A stretch of 64,000 nt of DNA from Neoechinorhynchus agilis (Eukaryota; Animalia; Acanthocephala), in contig CM121341.1 in assembly GCA_051530055.1 (NCBI GenBank), positions 8,100,784-8,164,783 of the forward strand. Direction: 5' to 3'. Shown here in pieces: positions 21,218-33,480 of this stretch. The position numbers and the translations under genes are program-made. How positions within the stretch are numbered: the first letter of the stretch is position 1; each line of letters starts with the position of its first letter. The notes beneath the pieces were generated by a model that did no database searches, was not told where the DNA came from, and saw only the letters and a list, made by a program, of their open reading frames with translations.

Positions 21218-23149
21218 TCAGCCGCCATTTATTTTCTTCAGCAATTTTTCAAGCAGTCCCTTGTGCCGAATATTTAAATGATTCGAACGAACTTGACTTA
21301 GGATGTTGACCAAATTGTTATTCCGAATTTCACTCAGCGCTATTTCACGTTCAATCATCGCGCTGAGTATCCGCTTTAGCATCGCGTGGTTCCGAACTGT
21401 GAACTTCTCGTCCAAGATGCTTTTTAAACGATCGCAGAGTTCCTTGATGCTCAAGTTCATTTCAATTGAAGGCTTTGATTTTCTTTTTGAAATCGATTCA
21501 TTGAGTGGTTTGTCCTTCAATTGTGACCCTGATTTATTTTCGATCGAAATATTGGACATTTCCGTAGGTTGCCGATTATAGATTCCCACCATCTTTTTTC
21601 CGATTTTATCGATAATGTCGATTAGCGGTTCGTTTTCCCCGTTGCTGGCCATCTTATGGAGAATATTTATAAGATCGGAATCTTTGATTTCATCCACAGT
21701 CATCTCTAATTCTGAAATCTCGCAAAGGACATCGTCCACCAGTTCTAGGCTTTTGGTTGCGTATTGCGAATCCAATAAAAACTTTAGGAATTTAATCTTC
21801 TTGGTTAAACAAGAAGGCGGCATCAATTGTTTGGATTCTGAAATCTGTTGACTGTGAACGTTTTCGACATTGTGAAGTCCCGTTTCTATTTCTTCATCGC
21901 TATTGATTCTCTTCGGCGATTCTGTTCTCTTTTCCGAAATTGCGTTAGAACCCCGATCACTAGAATCAGTATTTGATATTTCGGGTTCTACTTCTTTTGG
22001 TTTATTCAATTTGGGTTTGGTCGCTGGTCTTTCTTTAGATCGCTTTTGATTGAAAGCCTCCTTGACCTTCATAGCAACTTGGATTAAGAGTTTCTTGAGT
22101 GGAGCATTATCCTTGTTGTCGAGCATCTCTCCAAGGACATCTATCAATCCGGATTGACGAATTTCACTCAGGCTAACTTCGCCTTTCAGAATTTCATCAA
22201 CGATGCTCCTTAATAAATCAGAATTCACAATTTTGTGTTCAAAGTTTATAGTCATCAAGATTCTTTGACGGAGATGTGTTGAATCTGTCCGCTGAATTTT
22301 TGTTTTCTCTTCACCTTGAATGGTTGATGACAGCCTCTTCCTTGAAATTTCTTTACATCTCGCGTCTTCAAAACTGGATTTAGATTTCGTTTCTATCGGA
22401 CACTGCTCTTCAATCTCAACATCAAACTTTGAGTGGATACCGGACATCGTATGAGATTTATCATCGGATTTTTTACCTTTCTCCATGCCGAGCACTACTT
22501 TAATTTTTGCTGCTACTTCTTTAATCAAATAATCAAGTTCTCCGTTTTCTTTGTTTTGAATCATTTGGTGGAGAATCTTTATCAGGCCGGATTTACCAAT
22601 CTGAGAGATGGCCATTTCTTGTTTGAGAATCTCAGAAAAGACACTGGTTACTAAGCTCTTGTTTGTAACCTTAAACTGTGGGTCCAATCCAATTTTAACT
22701 TTTTCAACTAGCATATTTAATGATTTGGACGTTGCCATTTCATAACGGGTTCGTCCTTTATCGCTTGAATCTGTCATCTCCTTTTTCGCCATTACTTCAT
22801 CTTTATTTGCCCGTTTTCGAGTTGAGGTCGTACTGACCAATGTATTCGTCGTTTTCATCCTTGGACAATATTTTTCGCCGACAATCTTTTTGAATTTGCT
22901 CTTTAATTTACTTAGGAACCAACTTGTACTTTTGCAATCTTTGTCTACGGCCATTTCGTCTACCATCTCAAGCATCCCAAAGTTTAAGATTTCTTCGGCT
23001 GTAATCGATCGCGTTAACAATTCTCGCAGGTTTCGTTTGGCCAAAGATTGGTTGATTGTACAAGAATCACCGTCGAGATTATCTCTCAATTCATCACATA
23101 TTTGAGCGAGTGATTTATCCTTAGCATTTGATGTTCGCTTGATCGCCAT
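21218..23149 (-). CDS. 643-aa protein with five ~78-aa helical modules resembling the TFIIS N-terminal (TND/LW) domain
   Basis: Intact intronless ORF from ATG 23149 (MAIKRTS); five repeats of L..IL.EIL..EI.LSEI..SGLI.IL.EM..N..N..L..L...I..K separated by charged linkers. Confidence 0.75.
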   Translation of the reverse strand: MAIKRTSNAKDKSLAQICDELRDNLDGDSCTINQSLAKRNLRELLTRSITAEEILNFGMLEMVDEMAVDKDCKSTSWFLSKLKSKFKKIVGEKYCPRMKTTNTLVSTTSTRKRANKDEVMAKKEMTDSSDKGRTRYEMATSKSLNMLVEKVKIGLDPQFKVTNKSLVTSVFSEILKQEMAISQIGKSGLIKILHQMIQNKENGELDYLIKEVAAKIKVVLGMEKGKKSDDKSHTMSGIHSKFDVEIEEQCPIETKSKSSFEDARCKEISRKRLSSTIQGEEKTKIQRTDSTHLRQRILMTINFEHKIVNSDLLRSIVDEILKGEVSLSEIRQSGLIDVLGEMLDNKDNAPLKKLLIQVAMKVKEAFNQKRSKERPATKPKLNKPKEVEPEISNTDSSDRGSNAISEKRTESPKRINSDEEIETGLHNVENVHSQQISESKQLMPPSCLTKKIKFLKFLLDSQYATKSLELVDDVLCEISELEMTVDEIKDSDLINILHKMASNGENEPLIDIIDKIGKKMVGIYNRQPTEMSNISIENKSGSQLKDKPLNESISKRKSKPSIEMNLSIKELCDRLKSILDEKFTVRNHAMLKRILSAMIEREIALSEIRNNNLVNILSQVRSNHLNIRHKGLLEKLLKKINGG

Positions 23150-23529
23150 TTTTGATTCGTTCTCTTGCACTTTAAAGACAATACTAAAGTATGGTTTTAG
23201 TTTTACTGCACCGAAATTGAACGACGTCAATTCGACCTCAATTGGCGTCTTTCAAATGTACAAACATCTGAGATATTGTCAAACGTGAAATGGAAGCTTT
23301 ATTTTCATTGTTTTGATGAATTAGTAATCAAAATTAGTACTGAAGAAGAGCTGACAAAAATAATAGCAGCCCAGTAAAATGATTTATTGTTCGTAGTAAG
23401 AATCTTCATTTGTATGGTAGTTATTTGTCTATATCTTGAGTCTGATTATCATTTTACTTCCTTCTTGACGTCCATAAGGCTGATATCCGAACCGAGAGAT
23501 CAGGAAAGATTAGGGAGAATGCGAGATTA

Positions 23530-23745
23530 AGCGTTAAGCTTAATGCTGGAAAGTGTGAGCTCACTGCGGCCCAGGACCTGGTCTAGGAATTGTCTAAGAG
23601 ATTGAGACGAATCACTGGCGATCCGAGATCAGGAGCATTCCTCCTACAAAAATCTGCTCTGAAAACGAGAGGGAACGCTTCATCCGTCCTTTCGACCGTT
23701 ACACCAAAACGGCATCTCAGGGATCCAGAGCGATTGTGTGAATGA
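23530..23745 (+). mobile_element. 3' fragment of the CRE-like RLE retrotransposon
   Basis: gcggcccaggacctggtctaggaattgtctaagagattgagacgaatcactggcgatccgag matches the 3' end of 45637-47200 (-). Confidence 0.7.
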
Positions 23746-24444
23746 TTTGATGTCTCAAAAAAATGAGTATGTTTAACAAAATGTTATCGATACGGAAATC
23801 GCTTCTCAATTAACAATTAAATGTTGTCTATGGACTAATTTTAACATTTTTTCGCTAAGCAAAAAAGGATAAAAATGTCAAAAAATCAGCATTAATACAA
23901 AGTAGCCTTTATCCTGCGAATCAGAAATGCTTTAATGATTTCAATGTAAGTTTTCATTCTTTTACTATTGAGAGACATCTTCACCAAACTCAGCCATCTT
24001 TATTTTCACGATCTCAACATTTCCTCTTACTGATTCGAATCTTCAAATCCAAGTATTTAAGCACAATGGAAAACGTACCGCCATAATCGTTCAATGGTCA
24101 AATGAACCACAATCCTGAAGTGGACTCGTACTCATCGATTCGATGAAAAGCCACGTTCAATACAACGTTCAATCATTTCATCTTCAACCGAATCAGCAGT
24201 CATTTCTACTCGAGAACAGAATCAAGCGATGAACCTTGCAAAACCACGAGAAAAACATTCGGACTACGCATGATCAGCACCAAGCAATACAACATACAGC
24301 GAAGTCGCCGATGAACTTGTTGGAATCTACTTCGATCATGAAAATCAGGGGATTTTCCATGGTGTGGTTTTGAGAATAGCTGAAAAGGTGGCAGATTATA
24401 AGAATATAAGAAGATACGTCTATGATGCCATAAATGTTTAAATG

Positions 24445-25429
24445 GCACTCAATGTAATCACAAAACAGCGAAAGGAAATTCATTCGTTAGATTTATATCA
24501 AATGCCGGAACATAAATGTCCTTTACTAATGGAGGATTTGAGTTGTATAAGAACGAGAATTGGGGCGAAAAGTAAAAGAATTGAAGAAAATGATCACAAC
24601 GCTTTGAATGATAGAGCTTCAAAAAATAAAATATTGAAAGCTTTAACGTTACTATTTTCAAAAATATAAGTAGAATAGAAATTTTTAAATTAATTTGATG
24701 GCCGATGAGCGACGCGATTTCAATTAATGCAGATGGAAAGTTTGAGAATTATTATTCACTGTCAAATAAAACAATTCCCTGTCCTAACGGCTACATCCAC
24801 CCGCTTCCCGACGACAGATCGCTGGTATTCACTTTTGATCTATATTGCGATCGGAAATTCTTAAAGGATATTCCACAGCCAGCCTTTTTCATAGGATCAG
24901 TAATTGGGGCAGCCGTTTTGTCAATGTTTGGCGACAACTTTGGTAAGAATCCAATTGCTCTTCTCGGGACTTGGATCAATATCATATTCGGAATCGGCTG
25001 TGCACTTTCAAACACCATCTAAATCGGATGCATCCGTTCAGTTAAAATCATTATATCTTGTTTATTGATCGGAATCATCTTGATATTTTTTATAGTATTC
25101 CGTTTTTTTATTTGGAATTTGCTGGCAGATTGGTCAACTTTCTTGTTACATTCTCAGGATTGAAGTTTTTGCGGCAGAATACCGAGGCACCCGTGTATAA
25201 TGGCTAATTTCATTTGGGGTGTAGGAATGTTGATGTTGGATTTAGTCGCTTATTTTGTTAGAGGATGGCGGAATCTTTATTTGGCAGTTTATCTTCCAGT
25301 CGCAATCACTGTACTCTATTATTGGATTATGAGAGAAAGTTTATTTTGGCTTGCAGTTCATTAACGACAAGCTGATGTAAATAAAATATAAACCGAAGCA
25401 TACAAAATGAATTCAACCAAACAACAAGA
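24445..25429 (+). pseudogene. Direct duplicate of about 1528-2510, including the 5' half of the SLC22-like pseudogene (24705-25429)
   Basis: Near-identical sequence with the same disabling stop after SNTI. Confidence 0.85.
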
Positions 25430-25758
25430 GTACCATTCGCCGTGCTCGTTTGGCCCAGGAACGATGGGTACAAGGTCGAGTACTTCAAACCGATTTTTTG
25501 CTTAGAGGATGAATTCGGCAGATAATACCAGTTCGAAATTTGATTAAGTCGAAGGATATCAATAAGAAACCAACAGACTTTACAAAGGATTGTTAAAGCT
25601 ACGATTTTATATCATTGAAGTTAGGGTTGTAAGCCAAAGACAAAGAACGACTATTAGCGATGTTGAAGAAACCGCTAGGAACTCACGACCTCGACAGGCG
25701 GCGAGCTGTAATGTTGAGCTTTGCAATAAAAAACTTGATGAAGTCAGAAAATCCCGCA

Positions 25759-26341
25759 CGTATTCGGTACAAGAATCACGCAAGAGACTGTTAGGAAATA
25801 GAGAAATATCAGAAGATTTGGTTCGATGGCGCTATTGTTCCATAGCAATCAAGTGAGCAGGAATCAAGAAAAAGCCAACTAGTGAATTGAAATCTAAAGT
25901 AAATTCCATTGAGTTGGAAAATCCAAAACGTATTCGGTACAGGAATCACGCAAGAGACTGTTAGGAAATAGAGAAATATCAGAAGATTTGGTTCGATGGC
26001 GCTATTGTTCCATAGCAATCAAGTGAGCAGGAATCAAGAAAAAGCCAACTAGTGAATTGAAATCTAAAGTAAATTCCATTGAGTTGGAAAACCCAAAACG
26101 TATTCGGTACAGGAATCACGCAAGAGACTGTTAGGAAATAGAGAAATATCAGAAGATTTGGTTCGATGGCGCTATTGTTCCATAGCAATCAAGTGAGCAG
26201 GAATCAAGAAAAAGCCAACTAGTGAATTGAAATCTAAAGTAAATTCCATTGAGTTGGAAAATCCAAAACGTATTCGGTACAGGAATCACGCAAGAGACTG
26301 TTAGGAAATAGAGAAATATCAGAAGATTTGGTTCGATGGCG
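25759..26341. repeat. 170-bp tandem repeat, about 3.4 copies
   Basis: tattcggtac at 25761, 25931, 26101 and 26271. Confidence 0.95.
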
Positions 26342-26368
26342 TTAAAAAACTAACAATTTCAACTTATA

Positions 26369-27900
26369 ATGGAGAGTCCTGAAGCCTTTATTGATGCCTT
26401 TATTGACAAATTGGTGGAAACAAGGCAAACTGAAATTAGTGTCGCGAATCTCACTCCTTCGGACGTTGATCCTTCAACAATGCTCCTCGATATGTACAAA
26501 CTCAGTTTAACTCACCGATTTCTAAGTTTATTGTCGGACGAAAACAACACAAAATTCATTCTGGCTTTGAATACAAAAATCATGAGATGTAGGTTTTAAC
26601 CATCACGCAATGAGGATTGCAAATATATTCATGGATGTAAATACTTTTTAACAACTCTCAAAGGAAGCTCTACAAAAGGCCGAAAATGTGCATTTGACCA
26701 CGATCTCAAGTCGGAACACAATCTCCAGGCAGCAAAGTTCCATGGTGCCGATAAAGTAAAAATCCGAACCCTCAAAAAGATCTTATTTATAACGGATTTC
26801 GAGACTGGTCGTATGCTTAGATTGTGTGACGGTTTTGTGATGGATAAAGAGTGCCAGAAGGTTCATGCTTGTTTTTATTTTGTGGCAAGCAATAGTTGCC
26901 GATTCGGCCCGAACTGCCATAGTCGCGGTCGTCCACCCGAACAGCGGCCTATATTCGGCGAGGCCCTTCTACAAAATGCGTCCTTTTTAAGACAAAAAGA
27001 GAAGATGGAACTGGTCAGGAAGATGAATTATTGGTTGCAAGTATTATAAACAAACGAATAACATAACTTCCATGTGTGACAATTAACCGCTCTCACGATC
27101 GCTAAAGTTATGGTCAGTGCGTCCACCGACGAATGGGCTCAAATGAACCTCAGCCGGTGGAGACGTTCGTCCAATATCCATTCAGAACTCACTGGTTTCA
27201 ATCTACGAACGGGCACTAATTGCATCGACCACGGATGCCACGGTTTTTTACCCCATAAATCCGTTCAGACGGCTTTGTCTGAAATTATCACCAATTTTAA
27301 TTCGAATCAGGAGTCAATGAACATTTTAATTTCCTTCGATATCTCTAAGGCTTTTGATAGCATTGATATCGCTTTTATAATAAAGATCCTTTGTTATTTT
27401 CAGTCTAAGCAATTTTTTTATCAAGATGACACATCTCTCAAGATTTATCATCAAACTAAAGGAGTTCCGCAAGGGTCCCCTCTCTCACTCATCCTCTTCT
27501 AATTTGCTTCCCAATTTCTGCTTAAGAACTGCCGAGTCTTCAATGAATTAACATTATATGCAGACGATTTCAATGCGGTGATCAAGGAAGCGAGCTACCT
27601 AGCCGCTGTAAGGAAACTCTCAGATTTACTGTCATGTCTTAATTCTATTCTCCTTCAGACCCTTTAAAGACGAAATTTATTTTAAAATCTTAGTCGGTTT
27701 TTGATAAACAACGTGTTCGCGAATTTTATAAACAATTTTTTAATCTGACCTCGTCGTCAGTTTCTAATAAGATCACAATCTTGGGAAACACCCTACGACC
27801 TCCGCAAATTCAAAAAACTTAAGTGTCGCTAAGCTTAAATGCAGAAGATCTTTTAAACTTGGACTCTGCTCTCATGATACCAGAAGCATTTGGAACTCTT
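26369..27900 (+). mobile_element. Decayed non-LTR-type RT element preceded by CCCH-like zinc-finger remnants
   Basis: CKYIH-GCKYF..(S)TKGRKCAFDH and CFYFVASNSCRFGPNC; then HGF..FDISKAFDSI..KGVPQGSPLS..LYADD; downstream VREFYKQFF..ITILG resembles 16700-16800. Confidence 0.7.
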
Positions 27901-28716
27901 GAGCAATCTCGGGCCTAGTTTTTTACTCTAGAGGAATACCCCCGAATAATGATTAAAGTACATTATCACTTTCCTAGAGGCTCTGGGCAAACTCCCTTAC
28001 TCCTGGAAACAAGCGCTTAAATGGACAGCGATGATATAACTTTATTACTATCGAATTATAATTATTCCTACACAAATTATGTCGGTTAATCATCCAATGT
28101 CTTCCTTCGAATAAATCTTGAGCCTCGTGTTAGGATAATTCATCAATTCGTTCACACAGCACCGAAACTTGCAGTTGAAGATTGGCAATCTCTTTTTCCA
28201 CATTTGAGTCAAAAATAGAGCTTCCTAGAAGATGTAACAGGCGTAGAGTGATCTCGCAGGATTCAGTTCAATGTCAATTTTCGTGACTAAGTATTCAAGC
28301 TATTGCAATTATAAATTTTATTAGCAACGTTAGACGTCTAAAATCCAATTCGTTAGGACGCAACGTAGTGACCAAAGTTTAAGTTTTGATAAAATCCGAT
28401 TTAAATCGGTTATAGAATTTGCTAGTTAGAAATCTCGTAGACTACTGGGATTTGGAATTAACTTTATTTCTCGTGAAAAATACTGAAGCCAGTCCCCTGC
28501 ACATATCTTTTGTTTTTTTAATTAAAACAGCGCTTTAGAAAGGCCAACTAATTCTTTGGGTTCACTCGAATACGGACGTTTGCTGATAAATACCGTGATT
28601 TGCCGGAAAGTAAATCGAGTTGTTTACAAAACATTTCAATGTTACGCTCTAATTATTTGTTTATGTTCCGCCAATTTTCCCGATTGATGGGTTCTTAGAC
28701 TCACAATCTCTCGCCG

Positions 28717-29208
28717 ATGGATTTTTGTAATCCTTATTTGGTGCTATATCCGCCTTCAATGACAAACGTTACGATGCCGGAGGTCCTTACTCATCCGAGA
28801 TCATACTTCCATCCTTGTGATCAACAATATTCATTTCAAGCGATGCCACAATTTAATTACAAAATCCAAGCGAATCAGCAAAACAATTTTGAGCCAAGAG
28901 TCTTCAATGGGTTCGTGAATTCCAGTCTCATTGGACTTTGTTTGCAGTTTTATAAGGGTGTATTCGTCGATCTTTTGAAAAAGGAGGAACTTTGCATGCA
29001 TTATCTCCTTGAAGTTGCTCACAATTCTCGAATACTCGGTACGGCGGAAGGCAATAAAAATGCCGATATTATTACAAAATACATTAATGACTACTGCGAT
29101 CGGAGCGCAAATCGCTTCAATGAAATTAATGACGAGCAACCAAGACGAAAAAAGCACCACAGTAGAAGACGCAATAGACAAGGACGGTCGACCGAGAGTG
29201 GAAATTGA
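28717..29208 (+). CDS. H: 163-aa orphan with a Q/P/Y-rich N-terminus and basic tail; possible distant paralog of G
   Basis: Intact ATG ORF occupying the same cassette slot as G (same 3' flank from 29258); RRKKHHSRRRNR tail. Confidence 0.45.
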   Translation: MDFCNPYLVLYPPSMTNVTMPEVLTHPRSYFHPCDQQYSFQAMPQFNYKIQANQQNNFEPRVFNGFVNSSLIGLCLQFYKGVFVDLLKKEELCMHYLLEVAHNSRILGTAEGNKNADIITKYINDYCDRSANRFNEINDEQPRRKKHHSRRRNRQGRSTESGN

Positions 29209-29424
29209 ACGTAATACAGTAATCGATAGGCGTGATAGTTTCATAATTTTTTCTAAAAATTATTCTCGAAAGTGAACTTATTCCTGTTTTGGTGCATTTT
29301 CTGCGAAAATTATTTGCTGCCGGCTGTGTTGAGCGATTAAAGAAAACGAATTTAGTCCCCTACAAAATATTAGCGCAGCACAAAAACGTAAAAGTAGATT
29401 TTTCACGGAGATGAGAGTTCAAGA

Positions 29425-29495
29425 GCATTGGTGGTTGAATGGTAGAATTCGTGATTGCTACGCTAAAGACCCGGGTTCGGTATCCGTCCAATGCA
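29425..29495 (+). tRNA. tRNA-Gly-derived pseudogene (copy 2)
   Basis: Identical to 12873-12943. Confidence 0.75.
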
Positions 29496-29992
29496 ACATT
29501 CGATCGATCTTAAATCTGTCGCCAGGAAACTTTACTTTTTCAATGGATTTTTTCGACTTTTAAACAACAAATGCGAAAAAATCTGGCCGCTTGAACAATT
29601 ATGAATCAGAACGAACAATGGACGCTAATATCTTACCTCTAATTTAATTTTCCTTCAGAGATTTATATACTTTTTAGCATTGTGAATGCGTTTTTTAAAT
29701 GAATGATTTGTAGTTTGTTTCCAATATTAAACTTTTCCCAGAGTTCTTGTGTTTTTTAATAATACTTTTTTCGCATGAATCTAAACGCTGCGTACAATTT
29801 CCGAGTGGATACTAAAATAATTCGATATTTGAGAAATGCGCTTCGTTTTGATCGATTTGTCTTTGAATTATTCTTTTGCTCGATTAGGTAGCAATGATGA
29901 GCGAAATATTTATTGTATGCTTAAAAGCCGAGTTTCGGTTTGTTGGAATGCGCTCTTTTCGGTTGAGCATAACGATTGCCGTCCGATAACCT

Positions 29993-31542
29993 TTATCCAA
30001 TTGGATTGAATTGATTGTTATTTTGTTGGTTAATGTTGTAGTTTTGGAGAGCGATCATCGCTTGCTCCTGCGAGATTAGAACTCCTGAGTTTAAGGCTTT
30101 TATTTCGCCGCATCTTTGACAAAACGGCACAAGGAAAAACTGTGACATTTCGTGGGAGTGATTCGGATCAACGCAAATATTGACGTGACAAACCATTTGA
30201 CTAGCCTGATTGCTATTGTTGACTCGTTGATTGGTTTGAATACTTAATCCGTTTTGGAGAATCGCTGTATTGCCATATCTGAAATTTCCATCATTTCCTC
30301 CAATGTTAATGTTTTCGACGGGTGCGCTATTCTGCTGTGTTCCGAAATCAATGATCCGGTGATTGTTCGCCAAGTCCAAATTTTGATTTGGAAAATATCC
30401 ATTGGGTGCCATATTCCCAAAACCCAACTGTTCATTTCGATTTCCAATATTGGTACTGTTATTGTGGATTCCTTGGACTAAATTAGTTGCATTCGTATTT
30501 TCCACTCGGTGGTTGTTCGCCAAGTTCAAAGTTTGATTTGGAAAATATCCATTGGGTGCCATATTCCCAAAACCCAACTGTTCGTTTCGATTTCCAATAT
30601 TGGTGCTGTTATTGTGGATTCCTTGGACTAAATTAGTTGCATTCGTATTTTCCACTCGGTGGTTGTTCGCCAAGTTCAAATTTTGATTTGGTAGATATCC
30701 AATGGGTGCCATATTCCCAAAACCCAACTGTTCGTTTCCAATATTGGTACTGTTATTATAGATTCCTTGGACTAAATCAGTTGCGTTCGTATTTGCCACT
30801 CGGTGGTTGTTCGCCAAGTTCAAATTTTGATTTGGAAAATATCCATTGGGTGCCACATTCCCAAAACCCAACTGTTCATTTCGATTTCCAATATTGGTAC
30901 TGTTATTACAGATTCCTTGGACAAAATAGGCTGCGTTCGTATTTTCCACCGTCCTGTTCATTTCATGGGGTGCTGCATGAACGAAATCTCTCGGTTCAAA
31001 TGAGGACCGGGCCCGTTTGTTCCGATCATCGTTCATTGATCCAATATTTGTACGTTTTCGGCCCGGTCTTTTGGGTTCTGGCTCCCTGTAATTCGGGTCA
31101 ATGGTCCACCAAGATCTTCTCGGATTATCGTCGTCCTCGATTTTAACGAATTTTTTGTTTATCGTAAGGCAATGTCGAATTGCGTTCTAAATACAATATC
31201 GGCGGCCATAAAAATTTTAAGTTATGGGAAACTTACCTTCCAAGGCCTACTTTCGACGGGGCCCATTCGATAATTAAAATATAAATTGTTGTCCTCCAGC
31301 CATGAATAAATTTCACGTAGTTTCAGCCTCTTTTCGGGGCTGCTATAGATTGCTTTTGCGATCAAATCCGCGTAGGTGTACGGCCCCCACGCATTTATTC
31401 GTCGATCCTTCGCACTAATAAGAATAATCGATTCTTCACTGGTTTCTGATGAATTTCCTTCGATCCGTTGATTTCTATTTCCTTGATACGATTCATCACC
31501 ATCATCATGAGAATGAGTAGAGCTTTTCCTGGAATCAGACAT
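29993..31542 (-). CDS. F2: FoxO-type forkhead factor with 4 Asn-rich repeats; exons 31542-31237 and 31186-29993, 499 aa
   Basis: Same 50-nt intron (31236-31187); uninterrupted frame; one repeat is the 48-aa variant lacking RN. Confidence 0.9.
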
Positions 31543-32039
31543 CTAAATTGGAAAAGTCAGATTAAAAATGAATTTAATTCATATTAATAAAGAAGGAATT
31601 CGACTTAAATGTCCATCGAATTGATCGCTATATTCGACCGAAATCTTGGAGACGATTGAAAGATTCTATGTTCGAACTTTCTTGATTGAATGAGTGAATC
31701 GTATTTATACTCCCCAATTCGAAAACATCAACTTTGTTTTTTTGATTGAACTTTGTACCTAAGCGAATTTGTTTTGGATGTCATCTCGTTTTGCTTTTCT
31801 ATGATTTGTTGTTAAGAGCTTCGATTTTTAAAAATTAGATCACTGATATTCTTTATTGTATCTTATTTTTGGCATTTGGAGAGCATTGATGGCTTCTTTT
31901 CGGTATAATTCTAATTTTATCATCTCTCAAATTAGTATTTTCCTAAACGGTCGACTTTGCTAAATTGAATGATCAATAAGTTATCATTAATTTTTGAGCC
32001 AGTTCTCATCAACCTTCAAACTGGTAATCGCCTACCAAC

Positions 32040-33480
32040 TTGTGGAATCTTTTTTTCTATTTTTTCTGGAGAATTTAATAATGAAATTAACTTTTATTAC
32101 CAGAACCTGAATGTAACATACACGCTCACTTGAAGATATAAACATAATTATTCGCCGTCCTCGATTGTCGCCCGAATGCTCGCAATGTTGCCTCTCAACC
32201 CGGCGGTGCTGATATTTTATAACCAGGTTTTGACCTGACCTTGGATCGCCGGTCATAACCTGAAGGCGTCGCTTCACATCCTTCAGAAGTTGAGGAGCCT
32301 CGCAATCAAGAGATCCGTAGGTACATTGGCTAAATCGAGGTATTTCGCCGTTTTCCGTCATTCCGCAGCGTTCGCTGCACCTCCAGCTTGAACCACCCAG
32401 AACTTTGGATTGCTGGTTGCGAGTGTATCGACACAGTGGCGTCCCAGAGGAGGCATTTACCCTCCTGCCATGGAACAGAGGTTGGCTGGCTCCAAAATAT
32501 TGGGGTATTTGAGACGTAACAAGTGCCCGGCTCAGCACCATGTTAATTTCAGAATGTCTTGCGAATCTACCGGCTGATTTTCTACAGATGAGACCACGAC
32601 GTCCCGATGAATCCATATTTGTACCGCAGCAGCAACGCTGGGGATGACACATCGGTAGTCCCAGTCTCATTGAACTCCGGCCCGTTTTGCCTCGTGGGAT
32701 AGTACCCTCGGATGCCAGCGGGACCGTGGATTCTCTACTGGAGACTGCCAACAACCTGGCACGGGCAACGTCGTCGTTTGAGTCTGATAAGAGAGAGCTT
32801 TGAACACTTGCGGCGAGATGCCCACGCAGATTGTTTTTGGCGACCGGAGTTGGTCAGGCGCTGAACTGCGCTTCCCTCATAGGAGCCTAAAAATGCGGGC
32901 ATGGATATGTCTGCTGTTTTCCGGATACCCAGCCCGCCAGAAGATACAGGCAAAGAAGCTTGTCGCCATGCCTCTTCTGACAGCTGGACATTTAAAACTT
33001 GCTCGAGACAGTCCTTCAATCTGTTATCTAGATTGCCACGCTGAACCTTGTGCTTGAAAAACGGCGAGGAACTTCAAGATGAAGAGGGTATCCTTTATCA
33101 AGGACAGAACCTCGTGTGATCCAAGCTCACAGACCTTATCGCAAAGCACCGATAATTTCTTTAGAAGGCTGTTAATTTCGTTTTCTACATTCCCATCAAA
33201 TGCGCAACTGCCCAAAAGCTTAAGCCGGTCTAAATCGACCATTTCTATCCCGACTTTCAAAGTCACGCATTATTACGCCTTTTGCAGGGTCCTTCTCTAT
33301 ATTACAGAATAGAATTTCGCATTTTTCTGTGTTCAATTCAAAATGCCCAGCTTCCTTGCCTCTATCAAGAACTACCTGGGGATCGCCTCCCAGCGCAGCA
33401 TCGTCCACATAAAAGGCGTTGAATTCCGAATCAAGATAATGCGCAAATTCGTTCACTGTGAGCGCGAAACCAATGAGTAT
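32040..33480 (-). mobile_element. Decayed CRE-like (RLE-type) non-LTR retrotransposon
   Basis: FYVDDAALGG; QASLPVSSGGLGIR; RLGLPMCHPQRCCCG..DSSGRRGLICRKSAGRFARHSEIN; frameshifted. Confidence 0.75.

Noticed and set aside
24060-24440. Homeodomain-like VWFENS / RNase H-like words (similarly at 9050-9300 -)
   Set aside because: Only a few residues match and they need frameshifts; not supportable
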